64,000 bases of DNA, from NCBI GenBank assembly GCA_963700285.1, contig CAVOXA010000007.1, forward strand, positions 64,001-128,000. The letters are read 5' to 3'. Source of the DNA: an uncultured Chloroflexia bacterium (GTDB lineage Bacteria; Chloroflexota; Anaerolineae; JAAYZQ01). The notes under the pieces were generated by a model. It saw only the letters and a program-made list of their open reading frames with translations, was not told where the DNA came from and searched no databases. Both the position numbers and the translations under genes were made by a program. This document shows, piece by piece, positions 9,578 through 19,066 of this stretch; positions within the stretch are counted from its first letter, which is position 1, and every line of letters starts with the position of its first letter.

Positions 9578-10552
9578 ATGACCACCAACGGAAAGCTGAA
9601 GCTGGGTCTCTACTGGGCAGCCTCGTGTGGCGGTTGCGACATCGCCATCGTCGAGCTCCGGGAAAAGATCCTGGATCTGGACGCAGCGGCCGATATCCTG
9701 TTCTGGCCGTGCGCCATGGATTTCAAATACAAGGACGTCAGGGCCATGGTCGAGGGGCAGATGGACGTCTGCCTGTTCAATGGCTCCATCCGCAGCACCG
9801 AGAACGAAGAGATGGCACACCTGCTCCGGGAGAAAGCCAAGGTTTTGGTCGCCTTTGGCTCCTGCGCCCACGAGGGTTGCATTCCCGGGCTGGCCAATCT
9901 CTTTGACCGGCAGTCGATCTTGGCGCGAGTCTACCTGGAGACACCCTCGACCGAGAACCCGCAGGGCATTTTGCCGCAGACGAGCTACCGGATGCCCGAG
10001 GGCGAGGTGCACATCCCCAAGTTGTTTACTACGGTCAAGACGCTGGACCAGGTGACAGAGGTGGATTACTATGTGCCCGGCTGCCCACCGCAAGCGCCGC
10101 AGATCTGGGCCGTACTCGAGGCGATCCTGGGGGGCAACCTGCCGCCCAAGGGCAGCGTGGTGGGCGCCACTGAAAAGACGGTTTGCGACGAGTGCAAACA
10201 CGTCCGCGAGGAGAAGCGCATCACCCGCTTCTACCGGCCCCACGAGATCATTCCCGACCCGGAGCGCTGCTTGCTTGACCAGGGCATCATCTGCGCCGGG
10301 CCGGCAACGCGGGGCGGCTGCGGGGCGCTCTGTCCCACGGTAAACATGCCCTGCCGGGGTTGCTACGGCCCGCCGCCAAACATCGTTGACCAGGGCGCGG
10401 CATTGCTCTCGGCTGTGTCTTCGGTGGTGGCCGCCGACACGGAGGAGGAAGCAGCCCGCATCGTGGGGCAGATTGTGGACCCGGTGGGGACGTTTTACCG
10501 CTTTGGGCTGCCGGCATCGCTGCTCCACCGTGCAAAGCTTGTGGATTCGTAG
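9578..10552 (+). CDS. mvhG: Group 3c [NiFe]-hydrogenase small subunit
   Basis: WAASCGGC, GSCAHEG, PGCPP, VCDEC, CLLDQGIICAGPATRGGCGALCP, PCRGCYG. Confidence 0.92.
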   Translation: MTTNGKLKLGLYWAASCGGCDIAIVELREKILDLDAAADILFWPCAMDFKYKDVRAMVEGQMDVCLFNGSIRSTENEEMAHLLREKAKVLVAFGSCAHEGCIPGLANLFDRQSILARVYLETPSTENPQGILPQTSYRMPEGEVHIPKLFTTVKTLDQVTEVDYYVPGCPPQAPQIWAVLEAILGGNLPPKGSVVGATEKTVCDECKHVREEKRITRFYRPHEIIPDPERCLLDQGIICAGPATRGGCGALCPTVNMPCRGCYGPPPNIVDQGAALLSAVSSVVAADTEEEAARIVGQIVDPVGTFYRFGLPASLLHRAKLVDS

Positions 10553-10613
10553 ATCTGGAGAACCGGCTGGATGAATCTCGGATCACGAATCTACCTACCC
10601 GCAGGAGGATACT

Positions 10614-12086
10614 ATGCAAAAGATTAGCATTGACCCGATCACCCGCCTGGAGGGGCACGGCAAGATCGACATCTTTCTCGACGAGGAAGGCAACGTGGCC
10701 AACGCCTACCTGATCATCCCCGAGCTTCGCGGCTTTGAGAAATTCGCCGAGGGCCGGCCAGTAGAAGAGATGCCGCGTATCACACCGCGCATCTGTGGCG
10801 TCTGCCCCGAGGCGCACCACATGGCCTCGGCCAAGGCTTGCGACGCCGTCTACCACGTCGAGGTGCCGCCGGCGGGCAAAAAGCTGCGCGAGCTGCTTTA
10901 CTCGGCCTTCTACGTGGCCGACCACACCGTCCACTTTTACATCTTGGCCGCGCCCGATTTTGTGCTGGGGCCAGACGCCCCACCTGCCGAGCGCAACATC
11001 CTGGGCTTGATCCACAAGGTCGGCGTGGACGTCGGCAAGCAGGTTATCGAGAGCCGCGGAAAGGCCATGGACATCATCGGTCTGTTGGGCGGCAAGACTA
11101 TCCATCCTGTGGGCGCGCTGCCCGGCGGGGTGAGCAAATCGATCAACGAGGAGGAGCGGGCCGGGATCGAGAGCTGGGGCCACGATTTGGTGGGCTTTGG
11201 ACTGTTCAGCCTCCAACTCTTCAGGGATGTGGTGCTGGGCAACAAGGCCTATCTGGACCTGATCCTGTCCGACGCTTACACGACGCCGATGTATTATATG
11301 GGTCTGGTGGACGGGGACAACAAGGTCAACTTTTACGATGGGAAGGTGCGCGTCGTGGACCCTGAGGGCAAAGAACTGGTCAAGTATGGCCCAGAGGAGT
11401 ACCTGGAGGTCGTCGCCGAGCACGTCGAGCCTTGGACCTATCTCAAGTTCCCCTACCTCAAGCAGGTAGGCTGGAAGGGGTTTGTCACCGGCAAGGACAG
11501 CGGGGTCTACCAGGCGACGCCCCTGTCGCGGCTCAATGCCGCCGATGGCATGGCCACGCCCGAAGCCCAGGCGGCCTACGAAGAGTTCTACACGACGATG
11601 GGCGGCAAGCCGGTCCACGGCACGCTGGCCACCCACTGGGCGCGCCTCATCGAGCTGCTCTACGCCGCCGAGCGCCTGGTCGAACTGGCCACCGATCCTG
11701 GCATCACCGACCCGCACGTGCGCAACATCCCCACCGCCATACCGACCGAGGGCGTGGGCATCGTCGAAGCGCCGCGCGGCACGCTGACGCACCACTTTGT
11801 CACCGACGAGCGGGGCATTGTCCAGAAATGCAACCTCATTGTCGGCACGACCAACAACTATGCGCCCATCTCCATCTCGATCAAGAAAGCGGCCGAGGCC
11901 TTTATCCACAAGGGCCAGGTCCTGACCGAGGGCATGCTGAACCGGGTGGAGATGGCCTTCCGCGCCTACGACCCCTGTTTCGGTTGCGCCACCCACACGC
12001 TGCCGGGCCAGATGCCGCTGGAGGTGCGGGTGTGCGACGCGGAGGGGTGCGTGGTCGAGGTGCTATGTCAGCATCTGGGCAAGTAG
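10614..12086 (+). CDS. mvhA: Group 3c [NiFe]-hydrogenase large subunit
   Basis: TRLEGHG, L1 RICGVC, EAPRGTL, L2 DPCFGCATH followed by a cleavable C-terminal tail. Confidence 0.94.
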   Translation: MQKISIDPITRLEGHGKIDIFLDEEGNVANAYLIIPELRGFEKFAEGRPVEEMPRITPRICGVCPEAHHMASAKACDAVYHVEVPPAGKKLRELLYSAFYVADHTVHFYILAAPDFVLGPDAPPAERNILGLIHKVGVDVGKQVIESRGKAMDIIGLLGGKTIHPVGALPGGVSKSINEEERAGIESWGHDLVGFGLFSLQLFRDVVLGNKAYLDLILSDAYTTPMYYMGLVDGDNKVNFYDGKVRVVDPEGKELVKYGPEEYLEVVAEHVEPWTYLKFPYLKQVGWKGFVTGKDSGVYQATPLSRLNAADGMATPEAQAAYEEFYTTMGGKPVHGTLATHWARLIELLYAAERLVELATDPGITDPHVRNIPTAIPTEGVGIVEAPRGTLTHHFVTDERGIVQKCNLIVGTTNNYAPISISIKKAAEAFIHKGQVLTEGMLNRVEMAFRAYDPCFGCATHTLPGQMPLEVRVCDAEGCVVEVLCQHLGK

Positions 12087-12143
12087 GGTGACGGGGGATT
12101 GGGAGATCCAGATCTCCCGATCCCCCAGATAGGTGAGTTCCCC

Positions 12144-12674
12144 ATGAAGAAGCTGGTCCTCGGCCTGGGAAATCCAATCCTGACGGATGACGGCGCCGGC
12201 ATCCACGTGGTGCGGGCTGCGGCCGCCCGCTGCGCGCCGGCGGACGGCGCGACCTTTGCCGAGGCGAGCCTGGGTGGCCTGCGGCTCCTGGATTTGCTGG
12301 CCGGCTACGACCGGGCCATCGTGGTGGATGCAATCCAGACGCGCGGCGGGCAGCCAGGCGCCCTCTACCGGCTGGGCCCCGGCGACCTGCGAGCCTCCCT
12401 GCACTCCGGCTCCAGCCACGACCTGTCGCTGCCGGCCGCCCTGGACCTGGGCCGGCGGCTGGGCATGGCGCTGCCCGGCGAGGAAAACCTGATCCTCCTT
12501 GCCATTGAGGTCGAGGATGTGCTGACCTTTGGCGAGACCTGTACCCCCGCCGTGACGGGGGCCATCCCCCAGGCTGTGGAGGCGGTACTGGCGGAACTGG
12601 CGGTTCAGCCGTGGGCCGCTGAGGTGCGGCCGGACTGGCAATGTTTCCCGCGGGCAGGGCATAACTCGACATAA
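12144..12674 (+). CDS. Hydrogenase maturation endopeptidase (HycI/HybD family)
   Basis: LVLGLGNPILTDDGAG, IVVDA, SSHD; follows mvhA. Confidence 0.9.
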   Translation: MKKLVLGLGNPILTDDGAGIHVVRAAAARCAPADGATFAEASLGGLRLLDLLAGYDRAIVVDAIQTRGGQPGALYRLGPGDLRASLHSGSSHDLSLPAALDLGRRLGMALPGEENLILLAIEVEDVLTFGETCTPAVTGAIPQAVEAVLAELAVQPWAAEVRPDWQCFPRAGHNST

Positions 12675-12979
12675 AGTATTCTTCGCCCTAACCTCTGCGT
12701 TCTTTGTGTCCCTCTTCGATGACTGCCCACAAGTCTCTCCCGGCCAGGGGAATGGGGCAGCACGCTCAGCTTGTCCGCTGGGCGGTATGATGGTATACTG
12801 CTCCCGGCCGCAAGATGGTTGGAGTCTATTGACGTCGTAAGGGCGGGGCATTCCCAGCGTCCGTTTGCCATGCAGAAGCGCCTCCGCTGTGCATGGACCC
12901 CTGGGGTAACCAAGAGACCTCGTGGAATGCCTCACCGCTGCTTTGGCGAAGTGCCAGGACGAAAGGAGTACACGACCCC

Positions 12980-13813
12980 ATGGAGAAGGAAGTCTATCCG
13001 TTCAGCCTTGGCGATCTGGCGTGCGCGGTGATCCGCGATTTCTCCCGCGAGCGGGAGGTGCGCGAAGTGATCGCCAATCCCCAAGAGGAGGTGCCCGCGG
13101 AGGTCCCGGCGGGCGAAGGAACCAGCGACTACAACTGCCTGCTCGTCAGGATCGGCCAGCACAATGTCCTTTTTGACGCCGGTCTGGGGGACCGTGTTGA
13201 CTATGCCCAGGGGAGGCTGTTGGCGAACCTGGGCTCGATGGGCGTAGGCCCGGGCGATGTCGACCGGTTGGTCATCACCCACGCCGATGGCGATCACATC
13301 GGCGGCACCCTGGACAAAGGGGGCGAGCCGGTCTTTTTCAATGCGCGTTACGTACTATGGCAGGGGGCCTGGGAGTACTGGGCATCCTCCGGCGCGTCCG
13401 CTGACTGGCCCGAGGACCGGGTGGCGTTCGTCCGGGGCACCTACGCGGCGATCGAGGATCGGTTGGATGTGGTGGACGCCGAGTCGGACTTTCTGCCGGG
13501 CTTCCGGCTGGTCCCAGCCGTGGGGCACAAGTCTGACCATGTGGCGGTTCGCATCACTTCCGGGGGCGCGCGCCTGCTGCACATTGCAGATAGCGCGGCC
13601 CATCCTGTCTTTCTGGAGTACCCGGACCTGTACTCTGTGTTTGACTTGAGGCCGGAGCAGGCCCTGGCCAGCAAGCGGCGGCTTTTGGACTGGGCTGCCG
13701 CTGAGGGAGCCCTGGTCTTTGCCCCCCACTTTCCATTTCCGGGACTGGGCCAGGTCCACAAAGAGGGGAGCGGCTGGCAGTGGCAGCCAGCAGGCAGGCT
13801 TGCACCGCCGTGA
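12980..13813 (+). CDS. MBL-fold metallohydrolase (AHL-lactonase/MPH-like)
   Basis: LFDAGLG, ITHADGDHIGG, GHK, ADSAAH, HFPFPGLG; AAGGAG RBS. Confidence 0.85.
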   Translation: MEKEVYPFSLGDLACAVIRDFSREREVREVIANPQEEVPAEVPAGEGTSDYNCLLVRIGQHNVLFDAGLGDRVDYAQGRLLANLGSMGVGPGDVDRLVITHADGDHIGGTLDKGGEPVFFNARYVLWQGAWEYWASSGASADWPEDRVAFVRGTYAAIEDRLDVVDAESDFLPGFRLVPAVGHKSDHVAVRITSGGARLLHIADSAAHPVFLEYPDLYSVFDLRPEQALASKRRLLDWAAAEGALVFAPHFPFPGLGQVHKEGSGWQWQPAGRLAPP

Positions 13814-13870
13814 ACAGGCGGTGCTGGGCAGATCCCTGAACAGGCGGTGTTGGGCAAGTCTCTGTCGATT

Positions 13871-14248
13871 TCAGTGTCCAGCACCGGCTCTTCCAGGCCG
13901 GTGCTGGACATATTCCCTCATCCGTTCAAACAGCTTCCTGTAGATCGTGATTTCCCCCACCTGGGGGTCGCCTACCGTCATGCGCACCCCCTGCAGCCAA
14001 TAGAGCCTGGCTTCCTGAACCTCTCTGATCTCATCCCAGGGGATTAGCAGCTTCCCTGCCCTACCCAGCGGTGGACGCACCCAGAGGTACAACCCCTCTG
14101 GGCTGATCGTCACGGTCACGCACCTGCGGTACTGCACAACTCCGATCTTGGCCGTTTGTTTGGTCTGGCGAACCCCGCTGGGCTCGTAGGTCGCAGGATA
14201 GCGCTCAGCCAGTCTGTTCAGGCCGCTCATTCTGGCAAATACTCCCAT
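13871..14248 (-). CDS. Hypothetical protein
   Basis: Plausible ORF with GAGGTG RBS; GLYLWVRPP...LIPWDEI. Confidence 0.6.
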   Translation of the reverse strand: MGVFARMSGLNRLAERYPATYEPSGVRQTKQTAKIGVVQYRRCVTVTISPEGLYLWVRPPLGRAGKLLIPWDEIREVQEARLYWLQGVRMTVGDPQVGEITIYRKLFERMREYVQHRPGRAGAGH

Positions 14249-14495
14249 ATCATGCACCTCGCTTTCAGCAAGCACGGCTGCGTGCGTCTGTTGAGCAGAG
14301 CAAACGATGCCAGCCCCTCCACCGGGGCTGCAACACTGGACAGGGCCAGCACTGCAACCGCGGCAGGTTGGACGATCCCGGATTCTGGCTGTCGTAGAAG
14401 CCCGGTGATGGGGATATCATGCACCCGAAATCCTGTTTTGTCAAACGGCGTCTGAACCGGTCAGACAATTGGACTTTGCCCGGCGCCGGATCCGC

Positions 14496-14890
14496 CTACG
14501 CCAGGCCGAATGCCTGCTTCAGCTCTTCCAGCGCGGCTTCTTCCTGCTCGCTGACCCGCACCGAGCCGATGCCCAGGAAGCCGCCTTCGCGGCCGGCCTC
14601 GGCTGTGGCCTGGGCAACCTGCAGCAGCCATTCGCAGAACCCGGCTTTTTCGGCGGGGCTGCTCTTGGCGTCCAGTACGGTGAGGGCCTCCTGGATCTGT
14701 TCCAGGACCTGGGCCCTGGGATCCCGGCTCTTGTCGATCTGGGGCTCCTCCATCTTTTCCTTTCGCTGGGCCCTGGCCATCGTACCTTCGAAAGACCACG
14801 ACGGCGATTAGAGCCGCCGCACTGCCGATGAAGTAGAGCAGTCGCCAGGCTGGATCTGGGCCATTGGGATCACCAGCTCGACCGGCTGGC
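14496..14890 (-). pseudogene. Chimeric relic: N-terminal fragment of a membrane protein abutting the C-terminal fragment of an unrelated hypothetical protein
   Basis: WRLLYFIGSAAALIAVVVFRR breaks off near 14780, and another frame gives EWLLQVAQATAEAGREGGFLGIG...AALEELKQAFGLA. Confidence 0.45.
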
Positions 14891-14898
14891 TGTGGCAT

Positions 14899-15400
14899 CT
14901 AGGGGCGCTCCTTCTGCGGGCCGCGCCAGCCCATCCGGAAAAGCTTACGGGCGATCAGGATGTACCAGATCAAGTAGCCCAGGACGGACAGTAGGGAGAG
15001 GTAGACGCCGATCCCGGGTACGTAGAGACCAAAGACGACGATGTTGGTCACGATGCCGACATAGGCCGTGGCCCTGCTGAACGTAGCGCTGCGCAGCATG
15101 AGGAACGAGCTGATTAGCAGCGAGGCAGAACCGAGGAGATAGTGGGCATGGTAGGCCATCCCATGAAAGTGGGTCAGCACGGCCTCTCCAGCCGCCTGGT
15201 AGCTGGCTCTCTCGGCCTCCGTGGTCGCGGCCGCCCACCGGTCGCTGAGAGCGAACATCTCGGGGATCGGTCTGGAGGGGACGAGGCAAGCCAGCCCTGT
15301 GAGCCCCAGGACCAGGGCGATGAGCGCCCAGCCCTCATCGACCTCCTTTAGCATGACATAAAGGACCAGAAAGAAGGGATTGACTCTTTCACCGAAACAC
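14899..15400 (-). pseudogene. 5'-truncated DUF4386-like membrane protein
   Basis: Four hydrophobic helices, MFALSDRWAAATTEAER...AAGEA, TAYVGIVTN; the upstream part of the ORF is not protein-like. Confidence 0.5.
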
Positions 15401-15491
15401 TGCGAACGATCTTGGACCGCACGGTCCCGCCCCTTGCCTTCCAGCACTGCTAGGAGCATACTGTAGCTACCTAGATCCAGAGAGGGCTGCC

Positions 15492-15806
15492 GTGAAACGT
15501 GGGGTTCCAGGCTTGCGAAGTCTGTCGGTACAGATGATCCTGAGCTCTGTCGCGGTGGTGCTGCTGACGGCGGCGGCCGTGGAGCGCTGGGTCGAGGAAC
15601 AGCCCGACCTGATCGTGCTGGATGTCAACATGCCCCGGCTCGACGGCTTTGCCGTCTGCCGCCGCATCCGGAAGCAGGCGGACACGCCCATCATTCTGCT
15701 CACTGTGCGCGGCGAGGAAGACGACATTGTGCACGGCCTGAAACTGGGCGCCGACGATTACATCACCAAGCCCTTTAGCCCCCGCCAACTTCGTAACGTG
15801 TACTGA
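15492..15806 (+). pseudogene. Truncated OmpR-family receiver fragment fused to a kinase-like N-terminal TM segment
   Basis: [15 protein letters not shown]...[16 protein letters not shown] without the N-terminal DD strand or the winged-helix domain. Confidence 0.6.
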
Positions 15807-15829
15807 CTCCCCTCTGCCTATCCGGCTGA

Positions 15830-15894
15830 TTCACCATTTGTCACAGCTTTATCACAGACTTATCACGGCGTTTGGAACGCCCTCAGGCTATGAT
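15830..15894 (+). promoter_or_regulatory. Pho-box-like tandem repeats and -10 element upstream of the USP-pst operon
   Basis: TCAC cores at 15831, 15841, 15852 and 15863 (10/11/11 spacing); TATGAT at 15889-15894. Confidence 0.6.
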
Positions 15895-15922
15895 CCTGGC
15901 ATAGCCTGGGGAGGTAGCACGT

Positions 15923-16963
15923 TTGGGTGGAACCAGTCAGCGCAAAACTGCATACCTGACGCTTGAAGAATTGACTGCGGACCGAGAGCTGGCACGGCGT
16001 CTTCCGCTTGATCTGGCCTGGAGTTGCCATGCCCTGCCGTTGGCGGAGGATAATGGACGTGTCACAGTCGTCATGGCCGACCCGGATGATGACAGGGCGC
16101 GTGAGGCGGTGGTTGCCGCGTTGGGACCCAGGTTGTGTGTGGTCAAGGGATCACCGTTGAGTATTGAGGCGCGACTCGCCGAAATCTGGGGGGATGAAGC
16201 TTGTCGTCGTCCAAGACTAGAAGTCTGTGCTTTTCCTGATCCCCTTCCTGGCGAGCTGTGGGACTATGCCCAGGCTCTTGGGGTCTTGCTGGGTGCGCAC
16301 CTGGGCCGCATGAGTACGGCAGGAGAGGTGAACGCACTGGCCAAGGAAGGGGGTCGCGCCAACTCCGACCTGGTCATTTTGGGGGAGTATTGTCATCCTC
16401 TGCTCCGGTGTTTGCTCTCCCGATCGACTGAGGACGGTGATTTGCCGATACTGCAGAGCGCTGTTCCTTTTGGCATCCTGGTAGCTCAGCGGCCGCGCTG
16501 GCCGCTCGAACGCATCCTCCTGGTCATCTGTGGTGAAAGCGCAGACAACGGGGCGGTGGATTGGGCCTTGCGCCTGGCCAGCCCAAGCACCGCTGCTGTC
16601 ACCGTGCTGGCGGTGATACCACCGGTGCCGATCATGGTGCACGGACCTGCCCGCCGGGAACAGGGTATGGCTGCCTTCCTGACCAGCAACACGATTCTGG
16701 GAAGGCAAATGCACCAAGTAGCCCGGCGTTTGGCAGAGTGCCAAGTCGACGGCACCTTGCGCTTGCGCCAGGGAGCACCCGACCAGCAGATCTGTCGACA
16801 GGTGGTTGAGGGCGACCACGATCTGATCATTATGGCCGCCAGGCCCCGCAAATGGTGGTTGCGCCAACTGAAGGGAGACCCAATCTGCTCACTGCTGAGC
16901 CAGGTCGACCGGCCCGTGCTCTTTGCGGAACCAGACAAGGCGGGGAAGTCCGACCCGACATGA
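15923..16963 (+). CDS. Universal stress protein with an N-terminal GSPII_N/T2SSE_N-like domain
   Basis: LARRLPLDLAWSCHALPLAEDNGRVTVVMADP at the N-terminus; RILLV...DLIIMA...RPVL USP at the C-terminus; GGAGG RBS before TTG. Confidence 0.7.
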   Translation: MGGTSQRKTAYLTLEELTADRELARRLPLDLAWSCHALPLAEDNGRVTVVMADPDDDRAREAVVAALGPRLCVVKGSPLSIEARLAEIWGDEACRRPRLEVCAFPDPLPGELWDYAQALGVLLGAHLGRMSTAGEVNALAKEGGRANSDLVILGEYCHPLLRCLLSRSTEDGDLPILQSAVPFGILVAQRPRWPLERILLVICGESADNGAVDWALRLASPSTAAVTVLAVIPPVPIMVHGPARREQGMAAFLTSNTILGRQMHQVARRLAECQVDGTLRLRQGAPDQQICRQVVEGDHDLIIMAARPRKWWLRQLKGDPICSLLSQVDRPVLFAEPDKAGKSDPT

Positions 16964-17047
16964 CTTCCGCGCCAGCACTGTCGTCTAAAAGGGAGCCGCA
17001 GAGCAGTGTCTGCGGCCCTTCTGTCACTTGACAATGGGGAGATAACC

Positions 17048-18031
17048 ATGCAGATGCAAAGCAGAATCAAAAAAGTCCTGCTCACCCTGCTGACCGTTGG
17101 CTTGGTGATACTTGCTGCCGGCTGCGGTGGATCCACCGGTGAGTCAATGGCCTCGTCAGAGGGTGGACTACAGGGCACCATCACTGTTTCCGGCGCCTGG
17201 GCGCTCTACCCTCTGATGGTTCGATGGGGCGAAGAGTTTCAGAAGCTGCACCCTGACGTTCGCTTTGACATCTCGGCCGGCGGGGCAGGCAAGGGAATGG
17301 CCGATGTCCTGGCAAACGCAGTGGACATTGGGATGGTTTCCCGCGAAATCCACCCCGAAGAGGTCGCAAAGGGCGCCTTCTGGGTGTCGGTCACCAAAGA
17401 CGCCGTATTTCCCACGATCAATGCAGAGAATCCCGTACGGGAGGAGTTGTACGGCAAAGGGTTGAGCCAAGAGATCTTGATCGGCATCTTTATCACAGGC
17501 GAGATCACAACCTGGGGGCAGGTGATAGACAGGCCAGAGGTGACAGACCCCATCCACGTCTTTACCCGCTCAGATGCCTGCGGGGCAGCAGACACCTGGG
17601 CCGATTACTTGGGCAAGGCACAGGAGGATCTCCTGGGCATTGCTGTTTACGGCGACCCCGGTCTCCTGGGCGCGGTGATCAAAGATCCTCTGGGAATTGG
17701 CTTCAACAACCTGAACTATGCCTTCGACGCCGAGACAGGAATCCCGGTGGCTGGCGCAGGGGTCGCGCCGATCGATGTTGACGGCAACGGCTCGGCCGAA
17801 GCGAAAGAGGTTTTTGATACCAAAGACCAGGCGGTGAAGGGCGTCGCTGTGGGGGATTATCCCTCGCCGCCAGCGCGCGACCTCAACCTGGTCAGTCAGG
17901 GCAAACCGGAAGGACTGGTCAAAGCCTTCATCACCTGGGTCCTCACCGATGGGCAGGATTATGTAGCCGAGGCAGGGTACATCACCCTGCCCCAGGACAG
18001 ATTGCAGGCAGAGCTGGAAAAGCTGGACTGA
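17048..18031 (+). CDS. pstS: Phosphate ABC transporter substrate-binding lipoprotein
   Basis: Lipobox LAAGC, ITVSGAWALYP, SAGGAGKG, DIGMVSR; upstream of pstCAB. Confidence 0.9.
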   Translation: MQMQSRIKKVLLTLLTVGLVILAAGCGGSTGESMASSEGGLQGTITVSGAWALYPLMVRWGEEFQKLHPDVRFDISAGGAGKGMADVLANAVDIGMVSREIHPEEVAKGAFWVSVTKDAVFPTINAENPVREELYGKGLSQEILIGIFITGEITTWGQVIDRPEVTDPIHVFTRSDACGAADTWADYLGKAQEDLLGIAVYGDPGLLGAVIKDPLGIGFNNLNYAFDAETGIPVAGAGVAPIDVDGNGSAEAKEVFDTKDQAVKGVAVGDYPSPPARDLNLVSQGKPEGLVKAFITWVLTDGQDYVAEAGYITLPQDRLQAELEKLD

Positions 18032-18061
18032 ATCGGTGCCGAGGCCCACAAAGTGAGAGCG

Positions 18062-19066
18062 ATGCACAGCATGAATGAGATTCTGACGTCCCTGGTTCAA
18101 TACCGGCCACAGGCTTCGAGCCAGGTTGTCTCCCACAGGCACGCTCGGCGGAGGAAGGATCGACTGTCGGCGCGGTTGATGGGTTTGCTGACGCTGGCGA
18201 CCATGCTGATGGTGCCCCTTCTGGCCGTGGCGCTCTTTATGCGCGCCCGGCCGATCCTGCTGGCCAAACCGCTGGGGGAGTTGTTGTTGTCCACGGACTG
18301 GCACCCGCTGAGGGGGGAATTTGGCTTTTTGCCCTTCATCATGGGCACCCTCTGGGTAACGGGCGTGGCCATGGCCATCGCTGTCCCCCCTGCCCTGCTG
18401 GTCGCCATCTACCTGGCCGAATACGCCCCAGCGCGGTTCCGCACGCTGGTCAAGCCGTTCATTGACCTGCTGGCAGGCATACCATCCGTGGTCTTTGGCG
18501 TCTGGGGGATGCTGACCATTGTGCCCTTTGTGGAACATACCGTCGCCCCCACCCTGAATCGGTGGCTGGGTGTTCTCGGTCTGTTCCGCACCGACAACCC
18601 CACCGGCTATGGCGTGCTGGCGGCGGGGCTGGTACTGGCCGTGATGATCTTGCCCATTATCATCGCCGTGGGCGACGAGGTGATCAGGGCCGTACCCCAG
18701 GGGTTTCGTGAGGCATCGTGGGCCTTGGGCGCGACCCGCTGGCAGACGATCATAAAGGTGGTGCTGCGGCGGGCCTGGCCCGGCGTGATGGCGGCCGTAG
18801 TCCTGGGCTTTTCCCGAGCCTTTGGCGAAACAATGGCCGTGTTGATGGTCGTGGGCAACGTACCCCAGATGCCTCACTCCCTCTTTGATGCGGCCTACCC
18901 CTTGACCGCCCTGATCGCCAACAACTATGGGGAGATGATGTCCATCCCCCTCTATGATGCAGCGCTGCTGGGTGGGGCCTTGATCTTGTTGTTGATCGTG
19001 TTGGTCTTTAACACCGCCTCGCGGCTGGTGCTTGTGCGGTTCGTGCAAACTGGACAAGAGAGATGA
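18062..19066 (+). CDS. pstC: Phosphate ABC transporter permease
   Basis: DLLAGIPSVVFG, EASWALGAT, SRAFGETMAV; start codon uncertain (18053/18062/18071). Confidence 0.92.
   Translation: MHSMNEILTSLVQYRPQASSQVVSHRHARRRKDRLSARLMGLLTLATMLMVPLLAVALFMRARPILLAKPLGELLLSTDWHPLRGEFGFLPFIMGTLWVTGVAMAIAVPPALLVAIYLAEYAPARFRTLVKPFIDLLAGIPSVVFGVWGMLTIVPFVEHTVAPTLNRWLGVLGLFRTDNPTGYGVLAAGLVLAVMILPIIIAVGDEVIRAVPQGFREASWALGATRWQTIIKVVLRRAWPGVMAAVVLGFSRAFGETMAVLMVVGNVPQMPHSLFDAAYPLTALIANNYGEMMSIPLYDAALLGGALILLLIVLVFNTASRLVLVRFVQTGQER

Noticed and set aside
5278-11996. Long antisense ORFs (5278-7107, 7618-8820, 10287-11996) and similar ones elsewhere
   Set aside because: Shadow frames of GC-rich genes, with no motifs or RBS.
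2786-12674. Evidence for methanogenesis or archaeal origin of the contig
   Set aside because: No mcr/mtr genes; sigma70-type promoters, lipoproteins and an in-frame bacterial-type SECIS indicate a bacterium.
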